From Balanoglossus misakiensis (taxonomy: Eukaryota; Animalia; Hemichordata), in assembly GCA_040954595.2 (NCBI GenBank), contig CM082584.2, forward strand, positions 5,398,110 to 5,462,109: a stretch of 64,000 nt of DNA, given 5' to 3'. Under the pieces are notes generated by a model. The model saw only the letters and a list, made by a program, of their open reading frames with translations. It did no database searches and was not told the origin of the DNA. A program made the translations under genes and the position numbers. Of the stretch, positions 52,875 to 64,000 are shown piece by piece. Each line of letters starts with the position of its first letter. The stretch's first letter is position 1.

Positions 52875-55800
52875 ATGGCGGATAGCAGCGGACACAATCA
52901 GCGACAAGGTTAATAATACTGTAATTGAAAACCTTACAGTATATGACGGCAATAAATACCAGGTACACAATTGCCCTGATTGTTTCTCTTTCTGATTAAC
53001 AGAGTCAATCGTGATACAGCATTATCAAGTGGCAAGCATGACCGATCAAGTGGCGGTACGTCAGTAAATTGTACTCTATCGTCAAATGCGCACGCCTATA
53101 TACTTTTAGATGGCATTTATATTATGCACATAATACACTTGGTTTTATTGAAAATATTTTTAATTTCATTTTAGCAATGGAATCAACAACTTGTAAATGA
53201 ATACGACAACTCCCAATCCGAATCTGGCGAAGGCAAGTTTTCAAATTTAGCTTGACGTTACTGTAGACATTTTGTGTTATCGTTATCTGTGCAAAATGTT
53301 GATCATATACAGAATTTTGTACTCCGGGTCTAGAATTTGCAGAGATTTCGGAGAAGAAATACTTGGTTTAAATACGGATTGTTTTTACGTTATTATTGTT
53401 ACTACTTGCCTGGCACCAGTCATTTGAAACCTATATGCATAAAATCTGGCATAGAAGATGCAACATTTTCAGGCAACGAATTACAAACCTAAATTTGCTG
53501 TATTAAATTACATTATAAATAGTTAGTTTATATAGCGGAGTGTCAATGAAAAGCATTATCCAACAACCCGCTTCGCAATAAATACAAAGTAAGAAAATGT
53601 AACCAAAAAGACAAAAGAAAAAATACATATAACATCAGATGAAAAGGTACAAACAGTGTTCATAACACTAAGTGCTAACTGTTTAGCGAAAAACAGTCCC
53701 AAACCGTGTTCATGTACATGCTGCATCTAATGGATAAAGGCCTAGAATTTACCAAAAAGGTACGTTTTTCGGTCTGCCTTGAATTTTTGTACGTTTCTGC
53801 TTTCCTCAAACCTATTGGTAATCCATTCCACCTTTTAGGGCCCTGAACACTGAATGCCCTATCTAGGAATCTCGTATATGATCTTTCAGAATTACTACTT
53901 GACCGAAGTCCTACGCTGATGACTGCAGATGGAGTTAGCATAGATATTAAGTACTCTTGCATTTAAACATTAAACAACATTATATTAAATTAGATTAGAA
54001 ATGATGAAATTGAATATAATGTTACTGGCTACATGTTAAAAATATTACAAAATATATAAGGTAAGATTTTCCTAGGTTTAGTTGCGTAACTATATTTCGA
54101 ATCTACGATGTTGTTTCTAATAAATTCCACGATGAAAACGAAAGTTAAAAAACGGCAACATAGGCCATTTGCGCATGATTAAAGTTAGAATAACGTTGGC
54201 ACAAATAGGATATAGAAATACATATGTTTGTCACACGCAGTAAGATGTATATACAACAATCATTCTAACAATTCAATCAAATTCTGCTGATCAAATAATA
54301 ATTAAAAACCTTACAGTATATGACGGCAATTGATGCCAGGTACAAAATTGCCATGATTGTTTCCTTTTCTGATTAACAGAGATAATCGAGACACAGCATT
54401 ATCAAGTGACCGATCAAGAGGTACGTCTGCTCAGTAAATTGTTACTCTATCGTCAAATGCGCACGCCTATTTTTAAATCGTACGTTGATCACTATGGGGT
54501 GCCATGTGTTAACTTATTATTTAGCTAAATTATTTGTTCAAAAGTCGTTATTTAACATACTTATATGTATGTAATTATAGATTTGCAAACCATTTAAGTC
54601 CTGACAATTTATTTATAAATAATTTCAAGTCGATTCAATTATATACATAAAATGTATTTTATGCTCTTTTATTTATATATAATTAATTATTTATAAATAA
54701 TACAAATGTAAGTGTATTATATATATATCATGAGTGATGTACATAATTATTTATATTTAATTAATGATTTATAAATAAAAAAAATTTAAGTGTATTATAT
54801 ATATATCATGAGTGATTTATAAATAATTTAAGTGCAAGTCTATTATATATATATCATGAGTGATTTAAATTATATAATGAATTATATATAAATAAGTGAT
54901 TTCTAAACCATGAAAAAATGCACTCGCGCCGTTTGTCAACTTATTATTTAACGCAAACTCATTATTTAAGGCCTGTTCACACAACCCCTTGCATTTGGAT
55001 CATTACGCACACATATAGTCCCCACACGTGAACAAGAAATGCACATTACGTGCGGTCATTTCAATTTATATTATACTCCTTTCAAAGGTTAGATGAAACA
55101 CCGAAAAAGGTATCAACTAGTTAGTGATTTTAGCCCGTGATTGCAATGTTTGATTGAAACGCGAAAAGCTGATCGATAGCTCTACATTGTGGTCTCCGAG
55201 GTCAAAGGTTGGCCGGTCATGACAATGCCATTATTAAAATAGGGGCCAGTCTTCAAGACGTGACTCTACCAGCCTCCAGACCAGGAACTGGCGACCCGCC
55301 GTTTGTTTCCAACGCCAAATTTGATTCTAATGTTGAATTTACGAGAAAACAATTTATCTGACCTGTAGTTTTTTGGCTCACTTACGTTTTAATTTGGAAA
55401 CTTACTTTAAAAAATCATACGCCACCGTTTTGATGACTGGCCCCTATTTTAATAATGGTATCGCCATGACCGGCCAACCTTTGACCTCGGAGACCACAAT
55501 GTAGAGCTATCGATCAGCTTTTCGCGTTTCAATCAAACATTGCAATCATGGGCTAAAATCACTAACTAGTTGATACCTTTTTCGGTGTTTCATCTAACCT
55601 TTGAAAGGAGTATAATATAAATTGAAATGACCGCACGTAATGTGCATTTCTTGTTCACGTGTGGGGACTATATGTGTGCGTAATGATCCAAATGCAAGGG
55701 GTTGTGTGAACAGGCCTTAAATAATGAGTTTGCGTTAAATAATGAGTTTGCGTTAAATAATAAGTTGACAAACGGCGCGAGTGCATTTTTTCATGGTTTA

Positions 55801-58800
55801 GAAATCACTTATTTATATATAATTCATTATATAATTTAAATCACTCATGATATATATATAATAGACTTGCACTTAAATTATTTATAAATCACTCATGATA
55901 TATATATAATACACTTAATTTTTTTTTATTTATAAATCATTAATTAAATATAAATAATTATGTACATCACTCATGATATATATATAATACACTTACATTT
56001 GTATTATTTATAAATAATTAATTATATATAAATAAAAGAGCATAAAATACATTTTATGTATATAATTGAATCGACTTGAAATTATTTATAAATAAATTGT
56101 CAGGACTTAAATGGTTTGCAAATCTATAATTACATACATATAAGTATGTTAAATAACGACTTTTGAACAAATAATTTAGCTAAATAATAAGTTAACACAT
56201 GGCACCCCATAGATCACTGGCCATTTCAAGTACGGGAATAATCTTGCTGTTACATTATACATATCAAGTCATTAATGGGAATATGTGTGGTGCAGAACAT
56301 TATACTTCGCACTGTTTTACTTCAACATGCAACATACACATTTCCATACATTAGGAGATTTTGCAGCATGTTAACATTGAAATGTCACAGCACTCCATAA
56401 ATATCGCCAATCAAACAGATGAGTGGCCAGTAAGCCGCAGGAATAAGATTTAATGCAAATGCGGCATGTAAGCGTGACGTTGCCAAGTTTGCGATTTACT
56501 GTGGGTCTAAATGCCAGATTATGCACATTATGCACTTGGTTTCATTCAAATCATTTTTTAAATTTCTTTGTAGCAATGGAATCAACAGTATGAAATTGAA
56601 TACGAAAGCTCCCTATCCGAATCTGAGGAAGGCAAGTTTTTAAATTTTGCTAGACGTTACTGTAGACATATGTTATCGTAGTATCGTTTAATAACAACAT
56701 AAATTTGGCCGAATAAATATTAATTAAAATCTTATAGAATGTGACAGCGATTGATGTTACAGATAACGGGTGTTAAATGTTCATTTTCCTTATTAACAGA
56801 ATCAATCGAGACTAACAGTCCTCCAATGGCAGACGTGCAATTGGTGGCCCAGTTCAATCAACAGTCGGTACGTCAGTAAATTGTTATTCTATTGTCTGAT
56901 TATACTCGTTTATCAATGGCGTTTTCAAACACAACATATTGCTGTCAGCCTGAATTTACATTATACATGCCAAGACATTAATCGGAGCATGTATAGTGTA
57001 TTACATTACACTTTGCTCTCTTATATCTCATTACAACGTACACATTCCAATAAAATTGGAGATTTAGGAACAACAAATGCGGCATAATTGTGTGCAAGGG
57101 TGGTGTCACCAAGTTTGCGATTTGGTGTGGGCCTAAATGCCAGATGGAATTTATATTATGCCCATAATACTGAATTTAATTTTAATTTTTAATGGAACAG
57201 CTTGAAGATGAAAACGACAGCCTTGACAGCTCACAATCCGAATCTGAGGAAGGCAAGTTTTCAAATCTAGCTATTCTTTACAAAAAAAACTGTTCATGTT
57301 TTCGTAATCTTTCCAACTTGAAAATGTTGGCATGTATAGAATACGATAGTTTGACTCCAATTGTTACAGAGACTTTGAAGCAGAAAAGAAACATTATATT
57401 AATGGGACACTTAAACAGGATCGGCGTTATATAAGAAACAAAAAGACTGGAAAGACATTGGCGTAGGGGAAATTTTGATGGCCCGAACTGTTCCGTGAAT
57501 GGCCGGCAGGTGATCGGTATGGTCCTCCTGGAAGTTACAAATAATAGCGACTAAATGTTAACACACATAAAAAAGTCTCACACATGTTGATTTCAGGCCA
57601 CAACCCATATAAACAATTCGTCTATGGCCTGTGTTTGTTTATTTAATCGAATATTTGTCATTGTGTCACGTTTGCGCAATACTCATAGTATATGTGGTCA
57701 TTTATATTATTTCTAGAACAAGTTGGCGCTGGTCCTGAAATCAAATGCCGATACTATAAGAAATGTGCACAGTTTTTGTCATTGTTGGAACTATCAGGTA
57801 CATGTACTTATGATCGACATTGGTATATAGTAATTCAGACATATTTGTGATGGAAAGGCACGTCGATGTTTAAAACGGTGTACGATTGAACTCCCCAAAC
57901 TAATAAACTCAACCCAGCCTTCAATTTGCACCAGTCCAAGACATCCGCCTGACGAGTGTAGACAGCTATGCAGCCTGCATGAAACAAATTTGTAGCAGAA
58001 ATGTGTGTGTTTATCCCAAGCAATCATGTATGTATGTATGTATGTATGTATGTATGTATGTATGTATGTATGTATGTATGTATGTATGTATGTATGTATG
58101 TATGTATGTATGTATGTATGTATGTATGTATGTATGTATGTATGTATGTATGTATGTATGTATGTATGTATGTATGTATGTATGTATGTATGTATGTATG
58201 TATGTATGTATGTATGTATGTATGTATGTATGTATGTATGTATGTATGTATGTATGTATGTATGTATGTATGTATGTATGTATGTATGTATGTATGTATG
58301 TATGTATGTATGTATGTATGTATGTATGTATGTATGTATGTATGTATGTATGTATGTATGTATGTATGTATGTATGTATGTATGTATGTATGTATGTATG
58401 TATGTATGTATGTATGTATGTATGTATGTATGTATGTATGTATGTATGTATGTATGTATGTATGTATGTATGTATGTATGTATGTATGTATGTATGTATG
58501 TACGTACGTACGTAAGTACGTACGTACGTACTTTCGTACTTTCGTATGTATGTATGTAACGTACGTACGTACGTATGTATGTATGTATGTCCATTTTCAG
58601 AAGCTTGTTTAAGTGAAAATGAGGAACACAAACGATGTTACTGCAGCGGCTGCCACTTGAAGCGAGGTGACGGTGACATATATAAAAGGGGAGATCCACC
58701 TTCGGACTACGCAATACCGGTTGGCTGGGCACGCTTCCCTCTGGAGTGAGTTAACAGTGTTCCTTAATACCGCACCAGTGTAAATTAGTGTATTAAGAAA

Positions 58801-61243
58801 TAACTTCTGCAGTGCATGTGTTCTCCACACAACATAAAAATCGGAAGACAACATAAACAAGATATGAACTGAATATGCTGACGTGTTTCTAGGTTGAAAT
58901 CTGCAAATTTAAGCAACAAATTAGTTTCAAATTCAAATTTCTTTCGATCAAACTTATCTCTATTATCCATAAAAATCTTTATGTATAGTAAGTTTCACAA
59001 AATCAGTTCAATAACCCCCAATTCATAGTGATAGTTGTTCTTATTTGTTAAATATTCAAATCAGCATGCACCTAGTATTAGTCAACTGGTAAATGTTTTT
59101 TACAGAATTTAGAAATACAACACTAATAAGCAAGATCCTGAAATAAACTAATGAACATTGATTAAAAAATATATATTGTCGAAATAGTTTTACATTACCT
59201 GGCAAGTTGCACCAGATTTATTGCAGTATCAGTGGATTTATGAGGCTAATTGCGATTCGTTAAATGTGCAAAATAGTCATTTATTTACACTACACTGTAA
59301 AACTTTCATAACACAGCAAGATCTCGGTCATATCTATATTTGTAGCGAATTTCATGAAACATCGTGAGATAGCTAATTGTTCATGGTTTCATCAAATTTG
59401 GAGCAGTAATTATCTGTATTTGAGCACTTGTTAGAACAATAATTTAAAATGCAAATCTGCAGTTTACTGATTATAAACTGACAGTCGTCAATACGCAATA
59501 AAGTGCGAAGTTGCATATTTTTTAACTGCTTCTAATTATAATGATGTATTACTGAAATTACTGCATGTATTTTGATGAAACAGGGTACATATATTGATCT
59601 GACAGAGTTCTGAGTGTACTGGGGGACATTTACCAGTGTCATGATAATTAGGTGCTGATTTGAATATTTAACGAATAAGTGCAATTAAAACTATACATTA
59701 GTGGTTATTGAATAATTTTATGACACTTGCTAGAGATAACGATAGTCATGGATAATAGAGTTCATTTCGACTGAAAAAAATGTATATGATGATAATGTAT
59801 TGCTTAAATCTGTACATTTCATAGTACATTGTATACAGACGTGAACAATTACTCTTCCTCTATTTCACTTGATATAGTTTAGTTTAGTTTAGTTTAGTTA
59901 AATTTTTGTCAGCTAACAGAATCTACCTCGTAATTTTAAGTATAAACTCCTCATCAGATATCACGGTAGAACTTACCATTTGGCCACACCAGACATGTAC
60001 CTCCCTTCATGTCACTCATGTATCTTTTCCACTGATTGTACCCAATAACCATGAACATTTCGCTGTGTCTTCATCTTGGCGGTTGTTATCGGCTTCTCAG
60101 CCGATATATGATTTGGACTTATTTTCTCCAGTGTACAGAAACACAAACTGAAAAGTCTGAAAGTAGATAAGTGGCATGTGGCATTTCATGGTACTAGTGT
60201 AGACAACGTCACTTCCATAATTGACAATGGATATCTTCTTATTCCTGGTAAGTCATTAAATCGCATCGTATCGTATCGTAACGTGTCGTATCGTAATGTA
60301 TCGCATTGCATTGTATGCCTGTGGAAATTTGGACACTCGGGCGACCCAGGAAGTCTTGTCGCAAATGAAAACTTCCTAATTTTAGGAATTCTTTAGAAGA
60401 TTTTTTGGCGATATTTCATATGCAATCACGAAATTCTGTAAGCCTGCTTGTAATTCCCTGTAATATTGGCTGTACCACGATACTACTAAATTGATTAAAA
60501 TGTTTCCCTTACAGGAGACGTTGCCCTAGGAGGACGGAAACTGTCCGAACAGATTGGACACTTCAACGATGATTGGAAACCACCTGGTTTTGATACCAAG
60601 AAGATTTTTGTATCGCCAACGATAAAATATGCTGGTTTATATGCCCGTCCAATATGGTAAACAATTAGCTATGTAGGCCTGCATATCCATGAACATGTTG
60701 ATGCTTGTAATGCGTAGAGCTTTTCGGCCAATCATAAAACAAATTCATACTAATAAATATATGTCAGTTTCAATGAATTCATGTCTTAGAGCGACGTCCA
60801 CATGTGTGAGTCAGTTTTGTTTGCCCTCTGTCAATCGCTCAGACCGACTGGGTCTAGCTAATGCCGTCGGATGCAGTCTGTGAATATAAAAGAGCAGTAC
60901 TGTGACCCCAATGATGCTAAGGTGTTTTTGGTAGAATATCCTTATGTTCACTCGAGTTTTTGCAATTTCCCAAAGCTTTCATCTTAAAAGGGCTTGATCC
61001 TCTATTTAAAAATAAACTTTGATTTCTCTCCTTAGCGTGGAACCAGACAGAGGGGATGAATACAGCGCAACTGTCGCTTTTCAAGTGTGGATCCGACCGG
61101 GTTCGTACTCCAGAAGTGCGGAAACGATTGGCGCAAAGGGTCCCATCGACCATAATTACGACAATAAGTTCATCGAGTGGTCTACAAAAGAAAGAGCAGC
61201 CGTTGTGCCTTATGGATTACTTGTAAAAGTAGATTACCCCTAA
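52875..61243 (+). CDS. Stand-alone NEURL4-type ADP-ribosyltransferase (PARP-like) domain protein with acidic repeat N-terminus, ~351 aa, 12 coding exons
   Basis: Exons 52875-52908, 53003-53055, 53175-53232, 54380-54420, 56574-56631, 56800-56867, 57201-57252, 57717-57797, 58601-58745, 60132-60247, 60515-60656, 61036-61243 total 1056 nt in frame. C-terminal part CRYYKKCAQFLSLLEL..CYCSGCHLKRGD..RGDPPSDYAIPVGWARF..KWHVAFHGT..FVSPTIKYAG..VAFQVWIRPGSY..IDHNY..IEWSTKERAAVVPYGLLVKV aligns by eye with the NEURL4 C-terminal domain. No NHR domains seen. Start codon uncertain (in-frame ATG also at 52830); possible 5' UTR exon ending at donor 51192. Confidence 0.85.
53740..53960 (-). mobile_element. L2/CR1-type LINE 3' remnant
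   Basis: LRSSS..TRFLDRAFSVQGPKRWNGLPIGLRKAET matches the typical L2/CR1 ORF2 tail GDRAFS..GP.LWN.LP..LR. Confidence 0.75.
54492..56212. mobile_element. Foldback-type element, 1721 bp, with ~770 bp near-identical inverted arms
   Basis: Left arm 54492 to about 55262 and right arm about 55423 to 56212 are reverse complements, with a ~160 bp spacer; ends CTATGGGG...CCCCATAG flanked by ATCA on both sides; internal AT-rich subrepeat TATATATATCATGAGTGAT x3 per arm. Confidence 0.92.
58026..58590. repeat. (TATG)n microsatellite, ~475 bp pure plus a TACG-variant tail
   Basis: Directly visible; ends about 10 nt before the acceptor at 58600. Confidence 0.98.
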
Positions 61244-64000
61244 AACTGAGGATATTCATTTGACGTGTTTAAGGATGTACGATCAGTAAAATTGAAAGTA
61301 CTGTCATTTCCATTGTGGATATTTGGTTTCTCATTTGTCTGTATTTCAAGACAGACACTGGTACCTCGCATGAGCACCTTTCAGTTGACCCCTGACCTTG
61401 AACATTCTGGGTCAAGGTGAATAGGTCATGCCCATAACATCCTAGAATTTCTGTAAAATCTAACATTTCTCACACATAATTTTCTGCTATATTTACATAT
61501 AACATTATACAAACTATAAAACTTGTTTCATAATAGTCTGATATGTTTGCTCTTTGAAGATTATTATGCTTGTATCATGGATGTTGTTGGTAATGGGTAA
61601 TTACCAAGGCAACCATCTGTGCATTTTCAGTTATACATGTACCATATGAGCCAGACCACAGATATGGTCAATTCGTACCATTTGAGGTGAATGGGGCCAA
61701 AGTCACCCTTAAGATGTTTTTTAAAAGCCGAAAATCTCAATTTTTAAAATGATCTTAAGTAGCTTAGTATTGATGAAAACCGTTGCCATAGAAACAAACA
61801 CCTGAATAATTAAGAACCTACAAGTATATATAGAGGCGAATTTTCTGGCTTAGGAAAATGTTTCGTATCGAATTTCATGCATGATATGTTAAAAATCCCA
61901 ACTTTCACTCATCATGTGACCTTGACATTGATAACAAACTCAAACAGCAATTCTGAAATTCACTGAATATAGATGATTAAATTCGTTATTATCTGTTTTC
62001 TCAGTGAAGCTCATGTGTATGTACATTCGACAATGTTGTTGCTAATAAAAGTATTCAAGTCTGACTTAAAAGCCTCTATTTCTGCATAATATTTTGATGA
62101 TTTTATTTCCAAACTTAGATTAAAACATACTAATAGGTATACATGAACATCTCATCGACACCCGATTATGACTGTATGTTGCAATTTGAACACGCTACAT
62201 ATTAAACCGGTGCCGCACCCATTTAATCAGCCTCCATACAAACAGTTATATTTACTGAAGAGTCAAAATTGACTGAAACAGTCTCTCTTGGTAAGTGCTC
62301 TAGGAAGCATAGGGTCTATGTAGGAAGGTTGTATAACGATGACAGAGTCTGTTTGTTGAAACGTGGCTTCAGAGACATCAAAGAATTTTTAACACCTGGT
62401 TAATGAATGATTCTGAAGGGTGTTCAAACTACACCCCTGAAACAATGGGTATCAGGCTGAACTTAAGTCCACCCAGCCCTTGTGTAAAATTCTTATCTCT
62501 ATCACAACCGCCGCTGTGACTGTCTTGTCAGGTTGGTACATGTTAACGGAAGAGAGAATGAAGAGGTCAACTTGGAGCACATACATTCAGATAAGAAGAT
62601 GCTTGGCAGCCAATTTACTCAGGCCATATCAGTTGGTAGTCTTTTCACATGTTTCTCTGTCACTCCCGAACAGAGAAGAAATGAACAAGTCTTAATTTCG
62701 TTCACATGTGCATTCCTCTATTTGAAGAGTTTTTAATACCAATAAACATTTAAATCAACTGTCCATGGAAGCATTCAATTGTTCTTGTCAGAGATCAGCT
62801 GTGATTGTATGTCTCTATGTCTCTAACAGCTAATCATGGCTATGAGTGAGACCGGGATGCCAGGAGAAAATTCAATGTGAAGAGGCATCCAAGCAAGTTG
62901 GTGTATCTGGCGTGGGATCGGTTATACATGCCGACACTGGTGTCGTAGCAGGTAAATATGATGCATGGTCATGCACAGGTTTTGTAGACTGTCAGCAGTC
63001 GCTCACGCCTACTTAATTTGTTTAATAAATTTGCGACGCAGGCACTATCATCAGAATCATATGCATGATTGACACACAGCATAAGTGGGATGTTGAGAGC
63101 AAAGGTGCAAGCCTGTGCCAGCTGTACATGTATAAAAATAACTTCATATTTTATAGCATATAGTATGCGAAACAAAGGTCAAAACAGCACAAGTTGCTGT
63201 CGACAGTCTAAATTGGTGAAAAACAATATGGTTGTCCTGGATACCAGTGTACACAAGGCAAGTCTGTCCTAATTTTTTCAGGCCAACCTTGAAATTTTCT
63301 AAGCCACATTGGGAGTATAGCACAAAAATACCATAATATAGTTATATGTTTAAGGATGACCTAGCTAGAGAGAGAAATGTAGAACAATGTCATAACCACC
63401 TTTATATGAAGTGTTATGAATGGCCTCATGACAGCTACAGCAAGACACACATTAGGAATCTAAAAGCTCAATTTTTAGCTGCACATTTACCCTAACTATT
63501 CAAGTATTAAATTTACCTACTCAACTTGTGTGGCAGCTGACAAGCAAGATGGGGTGTCCTCATGTTTCTCAAAGTACAGTCTAGCCATACTGGAAGTAAT
63601 ATCATTCTGTGTGCAGCTAGTGTAGTCACACAAGGTAGCACCATAGACCCTAGAGAAAGGTAGCACCGAGTTTTTAAGTAGCTCCAGGTTTTCCAGATTT
63701 CAATTAGAAATATTAACCAGGCCATTTTAGGAAAGTTCCTTGACTGGCCACTATAGAGACAGGTTTGACTGTACAATCACAAATGACTATTTCTCATTCA
63801 ACTTCGCCAAAGGAATTTCTCTTGGGCAAACGAACTCCAACCTCAAGTTAGCACTGGTCAAAAATAGTTTCACCCAATCACTGAGCTCGTATTAATTGTC
63901 CATGAGAGCCATATTACAATAGCCCATATAAGCATTGGGCATAAAAATTGAGATACAAATGTGAGCAGGATATGAGGCATAAATACTTCGGGGGGGGGGG

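Larger units (their letters stand above)
52913..57270 (+). repeat. Three tandem copies of a two-exon genomic unit
   Basis: Unit with acceptor ..ATTAACAG, donor GTACGTC and exon ending TCCGAATCTG.GGAAG|GCAAGTTTT recurs at about 52913-53280, 54295-56670 (split by the foldback) and 56770-57270. Confidence 0.9.

Noticed and set aside
57794-58732. Long YIHT and MYVC repeat ORFs
   Set aside because: Translations of the (TATG)n microsatellite.
52875-61243. Assigning the symbol NEURL4
   Set aside because: Only the C-terminal domain is present and no NHR repeats were found; orthology is unproven.
61385-61430. Cluster of TGACC/AGGTCA half-sites after the ART stop codon
   Set aside because: Imperfect half-sites in what looks like a TGACC-rich dispersed repeat; no independent support.
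62250-63000. Possible further gene at the right end
   Set aside because: Short ORFs with no motif or convincing splice pattern.

Overview
AT-rich, intron-rich animal genomic DNA; a marine invertebrate deuterostome such as a hemichordate or echinoderm is my inference, not proven. Five spliced protein-coding genes were reconstructed by hand with phase-consistent splice sites. (1) A minus-strand secreted or membrane protein with signal peptide, LDLa module, EGF, Thr-rich mucin stalk and roughly 35 Notch/fibropellin-type EGF repeats; it runs off the left edge. (2) RANBP3, head-to-head with gene 1. (3) UBXN11. (4) A cytosolic ALDH1A/RALDH-type aldehyde dehydrogenase. (5) A compact gene encoding only the NEURL4-type C-terminal ADP-ribosyltransferase-like domain, behind an acidic N-terminus built from three tandem exon-pair duplications with GC-AG introns. 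Non-coding DNA is dense in MITEs and also holds a 1.7 kb foldback element, a telomere-repeat-bearing MITE, a nested P-like element, two LINE remnants and a long (TATG)n array. The main leads are the stand-alone NEURL4-like ART, a perfect DR4 plus an IR0/ER8/RORE composite in ALDH1A intron 1, and the GC/CpG-rich cores found only in long exons. All homology calls are from recalled sequences, not database searches.
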